Virus record (IMG/VR): IMGVR_UViG_3300011403_000006 | Coordinates: 1-46,452 of that record | Strand: one strand, 5' to 3' | DNA: 46,452 nucleotides | Origin: a virus | Taxonomy: Duplodnaviria > Caudoviricetes | Shown here: piece after piece, positions 14,509 through 24,247 of the stretch | Layout of the letters: each line of letters opens with the position of its first letter | Position numbering within the stretch: the stretch's first letter is position 1 | Notes under the pieces: model-generated | Seen by the model: the letters and a program-made list of their open reading frames with translations, nothing else | What the model was told of the DNA's origin: nothing | Database searches by the model: none | Translations under genes and position numbers: made by a program

Positions 14509-16956
14509 ATGTACGTATATGTTCCTGGTATGGGCAATCCATATGCACGTATTGCTATAGTTGGTGAAGCGCCGAGCTATGAGGAAGAACAGGCCGTAAA
14601 ACCATTCGTAGGTAATTCGGGCCGAGAAATGGATAGGTGGTTAAAGGATGCAGGTATCAATAGGTATGAATGTTGGGTTACTAATGTGTGCAAGTATATG
14701 GTTCCGCCTGCCAATAAAACAGGTAAACCGATACCATTTTGGACCAGAGCAAAAACCGTAAATATAGAGAAGCAGCAGCAAATAGATGAGCTTTATACAG
14801 AGCTGCATAACCTACCTAACTGCAATCTCGTAATAGGTCTCGGTGCCACGGCATTAGAAGCACTAACAGGTAAGAACGGAATAACAGATTACCGCGGCAG
14901 CATATTAAAAGGCATGGGTAAGAAGGTAATATGTACTTTTCATCCAGCCCACATATTACGCCAAGATGCTGAAGTTGCGGGTTACTGGCAAAAACAAGTT
15001 GCATTACATGACTTGAAACGATGTGCTGAACAACAGTTCTTTCCTGAGTTGAGATTGCCGCGGCGTGATTTGAACATATGTAAAAGTTCACAACAGCTAT
15101 TAGAATTCATTGAGAAGTATAAAGGATATGATAGACCGGCAGTAGATATTGAGGCTCATCCAAATGGCAGCGGAATACCAATATGTATAGGAATTTCATT
15201 TGATCCTGCCGAGGGATTAACAGTACCTCTCTGGAATGAAGATGGAATTAGCACTATTCCGAATCAAGAGTTAACCCTAATTTGGCATCACTTATCCGTA
15301 TTACTGACAAACAATGACGTAATAGGGCAAAACTTCAAATATGACCAAGACAAGATTAGACGAATTGGCTTTATCATACGGTGTCTTGCTTCAGATACAA
15401 TGCTTAAAGCCTTTGCCATTAATCCTGAATTACCCAAAAATCTTGCATTTAACACGTCGATATACACTGAGGAACCGTTCTATAAGAATGAGGGCATGTA
15501 CGACGGGACTGTGGCTGACCTTTTATTGGGGTGTGCTAGAGATGCGTGTGTTACAAAAGAAATAGACCTTGCTATGGACAAGGATTTAGACAAGATGAAG
15601 ATGCGTAAGTACTATGAAAACTTCATCATGCCTTTACACAACTTGTACCTAGACATAGAAACAGATGGATTTCTAGTCAATGAAGACAGAAGAACAGAAC
15701 TACTACAGAAATATATTGCGTGGAGTGAGAAATTAGCCTATGAAAGATTCAAAATCGCGGGGAAAGTCGTCAATCCGCAATCGTGGCAACAAGTCAGGTG
15801 GTTCATATACGAGCACCTTAATTGTCCTGTACGTGAGGGAACCGGCGAAGAAGTCCTTACTAGCCTCTTTAATCAAGTTAAGAAAGAAGTACAAAGGCAA
15901 GGAATTGTCAATATACTGGATTCCAGACGCGTCGAGAAAACTATCGGAAATTATTTGATGGCGTTACCTGATTATGATGGCAGGATGAAAAGTACGTACT
16001 ACTTGTGCCTTGAAACCGGTCGTACTTCAACAGGATTATTAGAACCACCTATTAGACCTGAACATCGTTATAAGGACGCAGACACAGGTAAGCTAAGGAA
16101 GAAATGTATTGGCACAGCATTCCAAACACTTACTAAACATGGAGATATTGGTCAAGACGTCCGTTCTATGTATATCGCGGACAAGGGTTACTGCATCATT
16201 CAAATTGACTCATCACAAGCTGAAGCCCGCGTAATATTTCTGCTGGCTGATGAGGATTTGAAGTTGTTTGATGAACACGACTTACATGCATTAACAGCAT
16301 CATGGTTCGTAGGTGGTACTGAACAGGACTGGTCTAAGAAAGTATTAGGTTACGAACATCCTAACAGATTTCTAGGTAAAACATTACGACACGCTGGACA
16401 TTTAGGTGCTCATGCTCGCCGCGCTAAAAATGAAGTCAATACACAGGCTCGTAAATACCGTATTGATATTCAAATCGGCGAGCTAGAAGCTGAAGTCGCA
16501 CTAAGAACCTTTCATCTTAAGCAGCCCCGTATAAAGAGTGTTTTCCAAAATGGCGTGAAAGACTGTATAGATAGTACCAGACAATTACGTGCTGCGATTC
16601 CGTATGGTGTTGATTCAAATGATGCACCTGTTAGAACATTTTTTGAAAGGGCCGGCGATGAACTTTACAGGCAAGCATTCTCGTACATACCACAACGGTC
16701 CATTACAGATAATACTAAATGTGCAGCTCTCAGAATTAAGCAACGGATACCAGACGTTCGTATCATTGTTGAAAGTCACGATTCACTTACCTTTCTTGTA
16801 CCTATTAATGATGTATCAAGTCACGTTGCTGTATATAAAGAAGAAATGGAACGGCCCCTTGACTTCTCGAAATGTAGTATACCGCGAGGTTCGTTAGTAA
16901 TACCATGCGAAATTGAGATAGGTGATAATTACCAGGAATTTAGTAAGTACAAATGA
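14509..16956 (+). CDS. polA: Family A DNA polymerase with N-terminal family-4 uracil-DNA glycosylase-like domain
   Basis: UDG: IAIVGEAP..EE...PFVG.SG, TNVCK, TFHPAHILR; exonuclease: VDIE, GQNFKYD, CARD; polymerase: ETGRTS, DSSQAEAR (A), RFLGKTLRHAGHLG (B), ESHDSL (C). Confidence 0.92.
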   Translation: MYVYVPGMGNPYARIAIVGEAPSYEEEQAVKPFVGNSGREMDRWLKDAGINRYECWVTNVCKYMVPPANKTGKPIPFWTRAKTVNIEKQQQIDELYTELHNLPNCNLVIGLGATALEALTGKNGITDYRGSILKGMGKKVICTFHPAHILRQDAEVAGYWQKQVALHDLKRCAEQQFFPELRLPRRDLNICKSSQQLLEFIEKYKGYDRPAVDIEAHPNGSGIPICIGISFDPAEGLTVPLWNEDGISTIPNQELTLIWHHLSVLLTNNDVIGQNFKYDQDKIRRIGFIIRCLASDTMLKAFAINPELPKNLAFNTSIYTEEPFYKNEGMYDGTVADLLLGCARDACVTKEIDLAMDKDLDKMKMRKYYENFIMPLHNLYLDIETDGFLVNEDRRTELLQKYIAWSEKLAYERFKIAGKVVNPQSWQQVRWFIYEHLNCPVREGTGEEVLTSLFNQVKKEVQRQGIVNILDSRRVEKTIGNYLMALPDYDGRMKSTYYLCLETGRTSTGLLEPPIRPEHRYKDADTGKLRKKCIGTAFQTLTKHGDIGQDVRSMYIADKGYCIIQIDSSQAEARVIFLLADEDLKLFDEHDLHALTASWFVGGTEQDWSKKVLGYEHPNRFLGKTLRHAGHLGAHARRAKNEVNTQARKYRIDIQIGELEAEVALRTFHLKQPRIKSVFQNGVKDCIDSTRQLRAAIPYGVDSNDAPVRTFFERAGDELYRQAFSYIPQRSITDNTKCAALRIKQRIPDVRIIVESHDSLTFLVPINDVSSHVAVYKEEMERPLDFSKCSIPRGSLVIPCEIEIGDNYQEFSKYK

Positions 16957-17144
16957 GATACCTACTCGAAATCACCATCACAAAAGAGAACGTCGAGGAG
17001 ATAGGTGTACCGACCTACTTTAAGGTTGAGGGTAAGAGTCTAGTTGAATTGCTATCTAAGTTACCATTGATTGTAGCAAATCATGTCAAGAAAACTGAAG
17101 ATGAATTACGAATTACACTGAGAGATGATGATATTCCTTTCTAA
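16953..17144 (+). CDS. Small protein ending in the SSB C-terminal motif DDDIPF
   Basis: ATGA overlap with the polymerase; C-terminus LRDDDIPF. Confidence 0.75.
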   Translation: MRYLLEITITKENVEEIGVPTYFKVEGKSLVELLSKLPLIVANHVKKTEDELRITLRDDDIPF

Positions 17145-17152
17145 GGCGAAAC

Positions 17153-18406
17153 ATGGATTTTATTCAAGAGTTAATGGACTCTACGGTAGAGTTAGAATCG
17201 CCACGTTCTTTCTTTTATTGGGCAGGATTGGCAGCAGTATCAGCAGTAGTAATGGATAATGTTTGGTTGGGCCGGGGCGAGCAGGAAGGAAGTGCAAGTA
17301 ACTTCTATAACCTGTATCCAAACATATACGTACTGTTACATGCCGATAGCGCAATGAAAAAAGGACCACCAGTTAATCTAGCAAAAGACTTAGTTAAAAA
17401 GGCAACTAATGGTTTACCTAAAATAATTTCAGGACGGTCAAGCATACAAGGAATGTTAAAGGAATTAGGCACGGCGCAGACTTTGCCAGGTGGTAAAATT
17501 CTCAACAAATCGGCAGGGTTTATCGCATCGTCAGAATTCACGTCATCAATAGTTGAGGATAGAGCAGCCATGACTATCCTAACAGACTTGTATGACAGGA
17601 ATTGGAATGATGGTGACTGGAAAAGTTTGCTGAAGATGGAACAGTTTACTCTTAAAGATCCAGTGCTTACATTACTAGCAGCAATTAACGAGGCACATTT
17701 CGATGACTTTATCGGTAACAAGGATATTCAGGGCGGGTTTATTGGCAGGATGTTCGTAATAGCGGAAACACAAACATCAACCTTAAATCCTCTCATTGAT
17801 AAACTGAAACGAGTTCCGGACCGCGCTAAACTGATAGCATATTTACACACACTTACAACACTAAAAGGACCATTTAAGTCATTAGCAGGTACACCACAAG
17901 GCAGGTACTATCACGACTGGTATATGGATTTTTACCAGAACATTCGTGCTCAAAAAGTAAAAGATGATACAGGTACTCTAGGCAGGTTTGGTGACAGTGT
18001 ACTTAAGGTCGCAATGTGCTTGTCACTATCTCGAAGCACCGAATTAGAAATAGACATGACAACTATGCAACAGGCTATTGCAGTAAGTGAGAAATTAATC
18101 GCTAATGTTCGTAAGACTACGTTAGGTAAAAAAGGTAAAGCTGAGAACCTATATCTCAAGACATTGATTATGCAAGAACTACTTACACGAGAGCCGCATA
18201 TGATTACGAGAGAGAACCTGATGAAGAAATGCTTTATGCACTATTCGTCAGTCGAGGAATTTAATGAAGTCGTAGGCGTGTTTCTTGAAATCGGCATGTT
18301 GACTGTTGAGAATCGTGGTGTTCAGGTAGTATTCATTATGCCTGACAAACAAGTTGAATTACTTAATGACCACATTAAAGGTAAGAAAACTATGGGAGGT
18401 GAATGA
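17153..18406 (+). CDS. DUF3987/YfjI-like P-loop replication protein (putative helicase) with C-terminal winged helix
   Basis: ESPRSFFYWAGL..VS, YPNIYVLL-ADSAMKKG (degenerate Walker A), SSEF, LTDLYD, GGFIGR. Confidence 0.75.
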   Translation: MDFIQELMDSTVELESPRSFFYWAGLAAVSAVVMDNVWLGRGEQEGSASNFYNLYPNIYVLLHADSAMKKGPPVNLAKDLVKKATNGLPKIISGRSSIQGMLKELGTAQTLPGGKILNKSAGFIASSEFTSSIVEDRAAMTILTDLYDRNWNDGDWKSLLKMEQFTLKDPVLTLLAAINEAHFDDFIGNKDIQGGFIGRMFVIAETQTSTLNPLIDKLKRVPDRAKLIAYLHTLTTLKGPFKSLAGTPQGRYYHDWYMDFYQNIRAQKVKDDTGTLGRFGDSVLKVAMCLSLSRSTELEIDMTTMQQAIAVSEKLIANVRKTTLGKKGKAENLYLKTLIMQELLTREPHMITRENLMKKCFMHYSSVEEFNEVVGVFLEIGMLTVENRGVQVVFIMPDKQVELLNDHIKGKKTMGGE

Positions 18407-18633
18407 TGCCTATGAATGAAGATTACCGAGTACCTATTGATCCCGAAATGAAACTTCTAATGAACAAAATTGCCCAAATAATAAACAGTCAATTACCTAA
18501 AGGCTGGGGATTTGCATTGTTTTTAATGCAGTACGGCGCGGACGGTACCATGACGTATATAAGCTCGGCCGAACGTCAAGATATAGTTAATGCTATGAGA
18601 GAGTGGATTGCTTTAGTTGATAGGCCACATTAA
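18403..18633 (+). CDS. Conserved phage hypothetical protein; last early gene
   Basis: LPKGWGFALFL...YISSAERQDIVNAMREW; stop overlaps the converging late-gene stop (TTAA). Confidence 0.8.
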   Translation: MMPMNEDYRVPIDPEMKLLMNKIAQIINSQLPKGWGFALFLMQYGADGTMTYISSAERQDIVNAMREWIALVDRPH

Positions 18634-21479
18634 CGTGATTTACGAGGCTCATAACTAAATGAACCTAATCCTGGTTTACGTACTTTTTGTGGAGGTGGCT
18701 CATCAAATACCTGTATAGATTCACCTAATGCCGCGGCCCCAACTATACCCAAACTACTCAATATGACTGGTATAGGTATAGGCTTGCCATCTGATGTAAC
18801 GAATCTAGATAAGGGTATACCAAGCTGAGCCAAATATGCTGGATCTTCCTGTGCTAAATCGGATAGAGTAGAAACCAGATTAGGCGCGAGCATCTTAAAG
18901 TAATAGTTGTCTAAATCTACTCGCTGCATTTCCTCCATAGTATCTTTACCAGATATGGTTTTACCTTTAAGAACCGCATCGTAACCTAGTCCAGTCCACG
19001 GTGATAGTTTAGAACGAGTGAAATTAGCAGCAACATCAACACCAGTTTCAGGTCTGTATCCTTCACCTAATTCCGTTGTTTTCTGTGTAGTAGGTGAAGT
19101 GGAAAGCCTAGACAAAATTCGTACTGTGGCTACCATAGGCTGTTGCATACCAGCCATAGTATCCATACGAATGTTACCTATCTTAGCCTTACCGAAATCA
19201 CTTGACGTTGGGTCTAATGTAACTTCAGCACCAGCAGCATGAGCTAATGTTAGAAATGATGATGTATATAGAGCTTGACTAACTAGTGATTTGGCTACTT
19301 CTTTCTTAATTGCAGTAGGTGCCTTAGCCCATCTAACAGGTGCGAGTACGCCCATATCTAATCGTGACTTAGCGAATCTTACGCTAAAGGAATACTTATT
19401 TAGAGTCTCGGCCGCAGCTTCAAATGATCCTAATGTAGCCCGGCCCGTAGCTGTAGAAATAAAATCAGCCGTATATTGCAACAACTTCGGGTCATTATAC
19501 GGGTCCATTCCCATCTTCTCATAATTCAAAATCATGTTCTCAAATCTATCTGCTCGTAACGTATTGAGAAATCCACTATATGCTCTATTACTAGCTCTTG
19601 AACCGCGACTAAGTAAACTAGCTTTACCTAATGCTTCTTTACCAGGGTTATTGGCAGGATCAAACACATATGTCCTTGCGTATTTAACATCCCCTTCCTT
19701 CAAAGCCCTACCAAGAGAACCTAATGATGGTATATTTTCCATCCAATCCGACATGCGATTTTCTTCTTGTTTGAGTAGCCCTTTACCACCTTTTTCTAAC
19801 TCAATCAAACCCGGATCATATTTCTTCATTATTGCGTAGGTTTTCTTGGCCTTAATCTTAGCCATAGTTTCAATGTAACCCTGCTCAGATCTCCATGAGG
19901 TATACATATCATCAAAGGCTCGCCAATACTCACCTGTATATATCAATCCTTTACCCTGTCTTAATGGTGCTGATAAGTCTAATGTGGCCCAAGATGCTTT
20001 AGGGAAATTCCACATCTGAGTAGTTACATGATTAATGAATGTCTCACTCTTACCCGCTGCCTTTAATCTCTTTTCCGCAGCATCAATCATTTCGAGTGCT
20101 TCATTTATATCTTTAGGCACGAAATCATTAATAGACTGTTCGGCCTGTGCTGATGGTGGTACTGCTGCTGATTGTTCTTTAGCAGCTTTTATAGCTTGTG
20201 GAGGTGGTGGTGCAACTTCATCACCAGTAACCATAGCTGAAGTTTTACCTGTCTTTTGTGCTATTGACCGTTGAAGATCATCAGCAATAGATTGACCTTC
20301 TTTACTTATCATTGTTGGTGCCGCGCCGGGCTGTACAGGTAATTCATCAATATTACCTAGTCCTAATCCACTATTCATGCCTTCTTGAGGATTATAAAGA
20401 CGAGGAATACGTGCTGGTTTATCTAATGGATGACCAGTTAGTGTAGTCTTGATTTGTCCTCTAACAGTTTTACCCGCTGCCATAACTTCTTGCTCAGTCA
20501 TACCCGTAGCATCCATGACGAACTTCATATAATCAGCATTACGCTTACTCGGCTTTTCTTGAGCTACGATGAAAAGTGCTTTGTCAATATCGGATTCAAA
20601 CTTAGGTTCATAGCTGGTCGTGCCTATATTGTAACGTGGTTTGGCACCAGCTAAATCGTGAGGTAATTTTGCGTCTAAATTACGTGGTACCGCACCGAGC
20701 TTTTGTGGTAACTGTACTTCTGTTCCCGTAGCTAAAGGTGCATTAGGAATTGCTTCAGCAACATCAGGCACAGGTATATAGGTACGCTTACCTTCCGCGT
20801 CAATTGATAACCTATATTTCGGCTTACGTGTTGGTGTAGTTGCTGTTGGCGTGCCGGTAATATCATCCAACTTACCAACAGCAGTAGTAGCTCGACCAAT
20901 ATCATCAGCTAGTGGTTCAATTTCAGTCGCAGCTTTACCTAGTCCACGTAATTTATTAAAAGCCTTAACACCTTTTAATGCGGCGAATGAACCTAATCCA
21001 ACACTAGCTAAACCTAATGGACTTGTAGCACCCTCAAATAAAAATCTACTTGCTGGCTCAGCTATTCCAGTAGGATCATATTTACCTATACCCTTAAACA
21101 TTTCCTCTTCTTCAGGTAATAAGGGAGTAGTTGCCCAATTGTATGCTCTTGTTGCTTCCTTTCTAACTGTAGGTAATTTTTCATTGTATTCCCGCATAGA
21201 CATAGGTTCAGGTTGAGGTAGAAAATTACCTATTACCTCACTTCTAAAGTCAGGCTCTCTAGTAATTTCATCTCTAACTTGACTAGATGGCTGTACAGGA
21301 AATCGTGGGTTACTGATTAAGCTGTCCGGTTCTGTAATGGGAGGACGTTCTATTGGCTTACTACCACGCTCAGATACAATACGGTCAATATCATCTCTTG
21401 TCGGCGGGGTAGGGTCGTCCCATTCAAATTCGATTATCTCTCCAGTACGTTTATCTCGAACTTTATATGGGCGTGCCAT
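18630..21479 (-). CDS. Large internal virion / ejection protein (polyvalent-type)
   Basis: Last of three genes after the GNAT, as in podovirus ejection modules; Gly/Ala hydrophobic segments; DLSAPLRQG, TATGR and DPTSSDFGK motifs typical of large phage internal proteins. Confidence 0.75.
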   Translation of the reverse strand: MARPYKVRDKRTGEIIEFEWDDPTPPTRDDIDRIVSERGSKPIERPPITEPDSLISNPRFPVQPSSQVRDEITREPDFRSEVIGNFLPQPEPMSMREYNEKLPTVRKEATRAYNWATTPLLPEEEEMFKGIGKYDPTGIAEPASRFLFEGATSPLGLASVGLGSFAALKGVKAFNKLRGLGKAATEIEPLADDIGRATTAVGKLDDITGTPTATTPTRKPKYRLSIDAEGKRTYIPVPDVAEAIPNAPLATGTEVQLPQKLGAVPRNLDAKLPHDLAGAKPRYNIGTTSYEPKFESDIDKALFIVAQEKPSKRNADYMKFVMDATGMTEQEVMAAGKTVRGQIKTTLTGHPLDKPARIPRLYNPQEGMNSGLGLGNIDELPVQPGAAPTMISKEGQSIADDLQRSIAQKTGKTSAMVTGDEVAPPPPQAIKAAKEQSAAVPPSAQAEQSINDFVPKDINEALEMIDAAEKRLKAAGKSETFINHVTTQMWNFPKASWATLDLSAPLRQGKGLIYTGEYWRAFDDMYTSWRSEQGYIETMAKIKAKKTYAIMKKYDPGLIELEKGGKGLLKQEENRMSDWMENIPSLGSLGRALKEGDVKYARTYVFDPANNPGKEALGKASLLSRGSRASNRAYSGFLNTLRADRFENMILNYEKMGMDPYNDPKLLQYTADFISTATGRATLGSFEAAAETLNKYSFSVRFAKSRLDMGVLAPVRWAKAPTAIKKEVAKSLVSQALYTSSFLTLAHAAGAEVTLDPTSSDFGKAKIGNIRMDTMAGMQQPMVATVRILSRLSTSPTTQKTTELGEGYRPETGVDVAANFTRSKLSPWTGLGYDAVLKGKTISGKDTMEEMQRVDLDNYYFKMLAPNLVSTLSDLAQEDPAYLAQLGIPLSRFVTSDGKPIPIPVILSSLGIVGAAALGESIQVFDEPPPQKVRKPGLGSFSYEPRKSR

Positions 21480-21495
21480 TATTATCTCCTACCTA

Positions 21496-22581
21496 TCACT
21501 GAATAATCTCATAAGGATTATCTTCAGGTTCTAATTCCCTATCACTAGTAAAGGCTGGAATACGCATACGTAAACGACGCTGAAGTTCTACCTCAAATGC
21601 ACGTGTATCCTTTACAGCGCCGGTTTTAGGGTCAAGCCATTCAGGATGTTCATTCTTTAATTCTTCTTCAGCAATCCTACGAGTAATTCCTTGTGATGCC
21701 GGTGACATAGGTTTGGGTTGGCCTAGTCTATTCATATAATTGGTATATGCAGCACCACGACCAGCATTAGTAGTAGCATTTTGAGCCGAGGCATTAGCAC
21801 TAATTCGTGATGAACCAGCATTCGTTTTCAGTATCTCAAGTCTAGCAATTTCGTTTTCAGAATCATCATCCCACTTTTTCTTTTGGGCTTCTAATCTATC
21901 TCTAGTTATTTGGTTAGTAGCCTGTCGTATTTCCTGGTCTATAGTAATACGTTTAGTTGCTTGTTCGGCCCGGAGTCTACTTATCTCGCTATTAGCCCAC
22001 TTAACCTTTCTATCCTCATCTTTATCTTCTTGGTCAGCTATTTGTTTCTGATATGCCTGTCTAGTTTTCTGTGTAGCATCCTCAATCCTAGCAGCAGATT
22101 CTAATGCACTACCTTTACGTTCATAGTCTTCCACAGCACGACGATATGGCATCTCATTAATTGACTGAGCAGCTTTAATGCCTTGTAATGCACCACCAGA
22201 ACCGCCAGCAGCACCACCAGCTAATCCAGCTAACATACGACGCCATATTGATGGATTGTAATCTCCGGTAGATGAATCGGGTACATTTTGTATATGTTGT
22301 AGATAGTCTGTCATCGCCGGACCTTGCTCATATTCATAATCATCGGTACGTCTATTACTAGAAGGACGCCACGGCTGTGTAGGACTTTCTATAGGTTCTT
22401 CCTGTAAACGTCCCTCAAACGCATTAGCATCACCTAATGGACCTAAATCACTAATAGGATCAGATACACCAGGCATTCTTTTACGTCTAAGGTTACTTCT
22501 ACCAAGAAAATCATTAGAAGTATACCCACCACCACTTTGATCATCAGTAATGCGGCCTAATACAAGATCACGCCATCCCAT
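21496..22581 (-). CDS. Internal virion / ejection protein
   Basis: WRRMLAGLAGGAAGG membrane-active segment plus long coiled coil; position in module. Confidence 0.7.
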   Translation of the reverse strand: MGWRDLVLGRITDDQSGGGYTSNDFLGRSNLRRKRMPGVSDPISDLGPLGDANAFEGRLQEEPIESPTQPWRPSSNRRTDDYEYEQGPAMTDYLQHIQNVPDSSTGDYNPSIWRRMLAGLAGGAAGGSGGALQGIKAAQSINEMPYRRAVEDYERKGSALESAARIEDATQKTRQAYQKQIADQEDKDEDRKVKWANSEISRLRAEQATKRITIDQEIRQATNQITRDRLEAQKKKWDDDSENEIARLEILKTNAGSSRISANASAQNATTNAGRGAAYTNYMNRLGQPKPMSPASQGITRRIAEEELKNEHPEWLDPKTGAVKDTRAFEVELQRRLRMRIPAFTSDRELEPEDNPYEIIQ

Positions 22582-22596
22582 TTTAATTCTCCTTAC

Positions 22597-23799
22597 TTAT
22601 GACCAATACGATGGCATACCAGCTAATGGACCGCTAGAAGATTTACGTTTCTTAGCAATAGCACCACCAGCTAAACCTAAAGCAGTAGAAGCTCCACCAG
22701 TTGCAATACCAGCACCAATACCAGCAGCAATATTACCAACTTGAATAGCTCTATCCCATCCCGAAACATTTGGATTATAGGATGCTCTCTGTTGATTATT
22801 ATTAAGCTGACCGGATTGAGTCAATGCACGATTACGATAAAGTTCATCATCATAACGAGCTAATTCTGCCGGTGATGAACCATACACACTTTCCAGTCCT
22901 TCTAAACCTGCCAGCTTCATTTTGTCTCTATACTTCTGGTCTTCTAATATATTGCTACGAGATGCATTAGAAGCTGCTGCTGCACTACGACGATTAGCAT
23001 CAGATATTGCTTGACTTCTAGCTGCAATACCTTCCAATCCACCATAACCAAATTTACCTATATCAGTCATACCGCCTAATCCAGCTAAACGACCTGACTG
23101 AGTTTTACTTGCTATATCAGATTCAGCACCGGATAATGCTTGAGCACCACCCATACGATTACTTCTAATTTGTCCCTGTAAACCTAATTCTGTATCTCTA
23201 GCCGCACCTGCACTAGCAATAGCAGCATCTCTAGCACTACGAGCAGATGCAGTATCAAGTCCTACACCATATCCACCTGATGAACCCTGACGACGCTGCA
23301 TTTCGTTCTTAAGATTTCCATAAAAAGCACTAATCGGCGCAATACCTCTAGCTCTAGTTTGTGATATATCACGGTCACTATATCCACCCGTTTTAGCAAA
23401 TTCGTCAAATACACCTTTACCCCTTATACGTTCTATCATTTCAGGAGTTAGGCCACCCGTCTTACTAAATTCTCTATATCCACCTAGAGCTTCATTTATA
23501 CCCTTACTTAAAGGTTTATATCCAGCTTCTAATGCTTTGAATCGTGGGTCTAATGATAGTCTAGGTGCGCTTACTCCACCTCCACCACCTGTACCATCAC
23601 CCATACCACCAGCTAAACCTTCACCACTAACTAAACTTCTATAACCAGCAGTAGTTTCATCACGTAATCCCTGTGACCATCCGTATTCAGTATCTCTATT
23701 AGGCTGCAATACTGATTTAGCTTCTTCAGATTCACGTAACTGTCTATTACGTTCTTGGTCGATAAGGGTGTTAGTTTTCTTGCCTTCCTTATTGCCCAT
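22597..23799 (-). CDS. Internal virion / ejection (DNA transfer) protein
   Basis: Starts MG (GGAAG SD); Gly/Ala/Ser-rich; C-terminal IAAGIGAGIATGGASTALGLAGGAIA helix. Confidence 0.7.
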   Translation of the reverse strand: MGNKEGKKTNTLIDQERNRQLRESEEAKSVLQPNRDTEYGWSQGLRDETTAGYRSLVSGEGLAGGMGDGTGGGGGVSAPRLSLDPRFKALEAGYKPLSKGINEALGGYREFSKTGGLTPEMIERIRGKGVFDEFAKTGGYSDRDISQTRARGIAPISAFYGNLKNEMQRRQGSSGGYGVGLDTASARSARDAAIASAGAARDTELGLQGQIRSNRMGGAQALSGAESDIASKTQSGRLAGLGGMTDIGKFGYGGLEGIAARSQAISDANRRSAAAASNASRSNILEDQKYRDKMKLAGLEGLESVYGSSPAELARYDDELYRNRALTQSGQLNNNQQRASYNPNVSGWDRAIQVGNIAAGIGAGIATGGASTALGLAGGAIAKKRKSSSGPLAGMPSYWS

Positions 23800-24193
23800 T
23801 TTTTCCTTCTTCCTTTTCGTCAAGTTCACAATTTAATATCGGTCCACATTTGCTCATGCCAAAACGGTTTACTAATACATCAGCAAATATTTCGTCAGAT
23901 GGAAACATATAGAATCTTTCAAATCCCTTGTCTCTAGTAATAAACCTGGCAGCATCGAGTAATTGACGCAATATTTCAACCCGCTCATTAACCCCTAAAT
24001 CAAGGTCAATAATCATAACGGCTTCAAGTATTGCTTCAAGTGCTCCAAAACCTACTATCTTACCATCATGCTCCATTACAGCAGCAGAAACAACATGAGA
24101 TAAATTAGGACGAGCAAATGTGCCCTTATGACACCTATCAAATATTTCATCGACCTGTGCGGCATCTTCTGGTTTGTATTTTCTTATAATCAT
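23789..24193 (-). CDS. GNAT-fold acetyltransferase-like virion assembly protein
   Basis: MIIRKYKPEDAAQV...VMEHDGKIVGFG...RFGM; typical position before ejection proteins. Confidence 0.75.
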   Translation of the reverse strand: MIIRKYKPEDAAQVDEIFDRCHKGTFARPNLSHVVSAAVMEHDGKIVGFGALEAILEAVMIIDLDLGVNERVEILRQLLDAARFITRDKGFERFYMFPSDEIFADVLVNRFGMSKCGPILNCELDEKEEGKNGQ

Positions 24194-24247
24194 GTTTTAC
24201 TCGAATTAGGGACCGTACCATATTGACTACAGCACGGCCCCTAAAAA

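Noticed and set aside
14509-16956. Modified-base genome (dU, hmU or Z) implied by the unusual polymerase
   Set aside because: No dUTPase, dCMP deaminase, thymidylate synthase-like or PurZ gene recognised
2400-18633. Lysogeny module (integrase, CI repressor, ParA)
   Set aside because: No tyrosine/serine recombinase, S24 peptidase-HTH or ParA motifs recognised; the phage is probably lytic, though host-recombinase integration cannot be excluded
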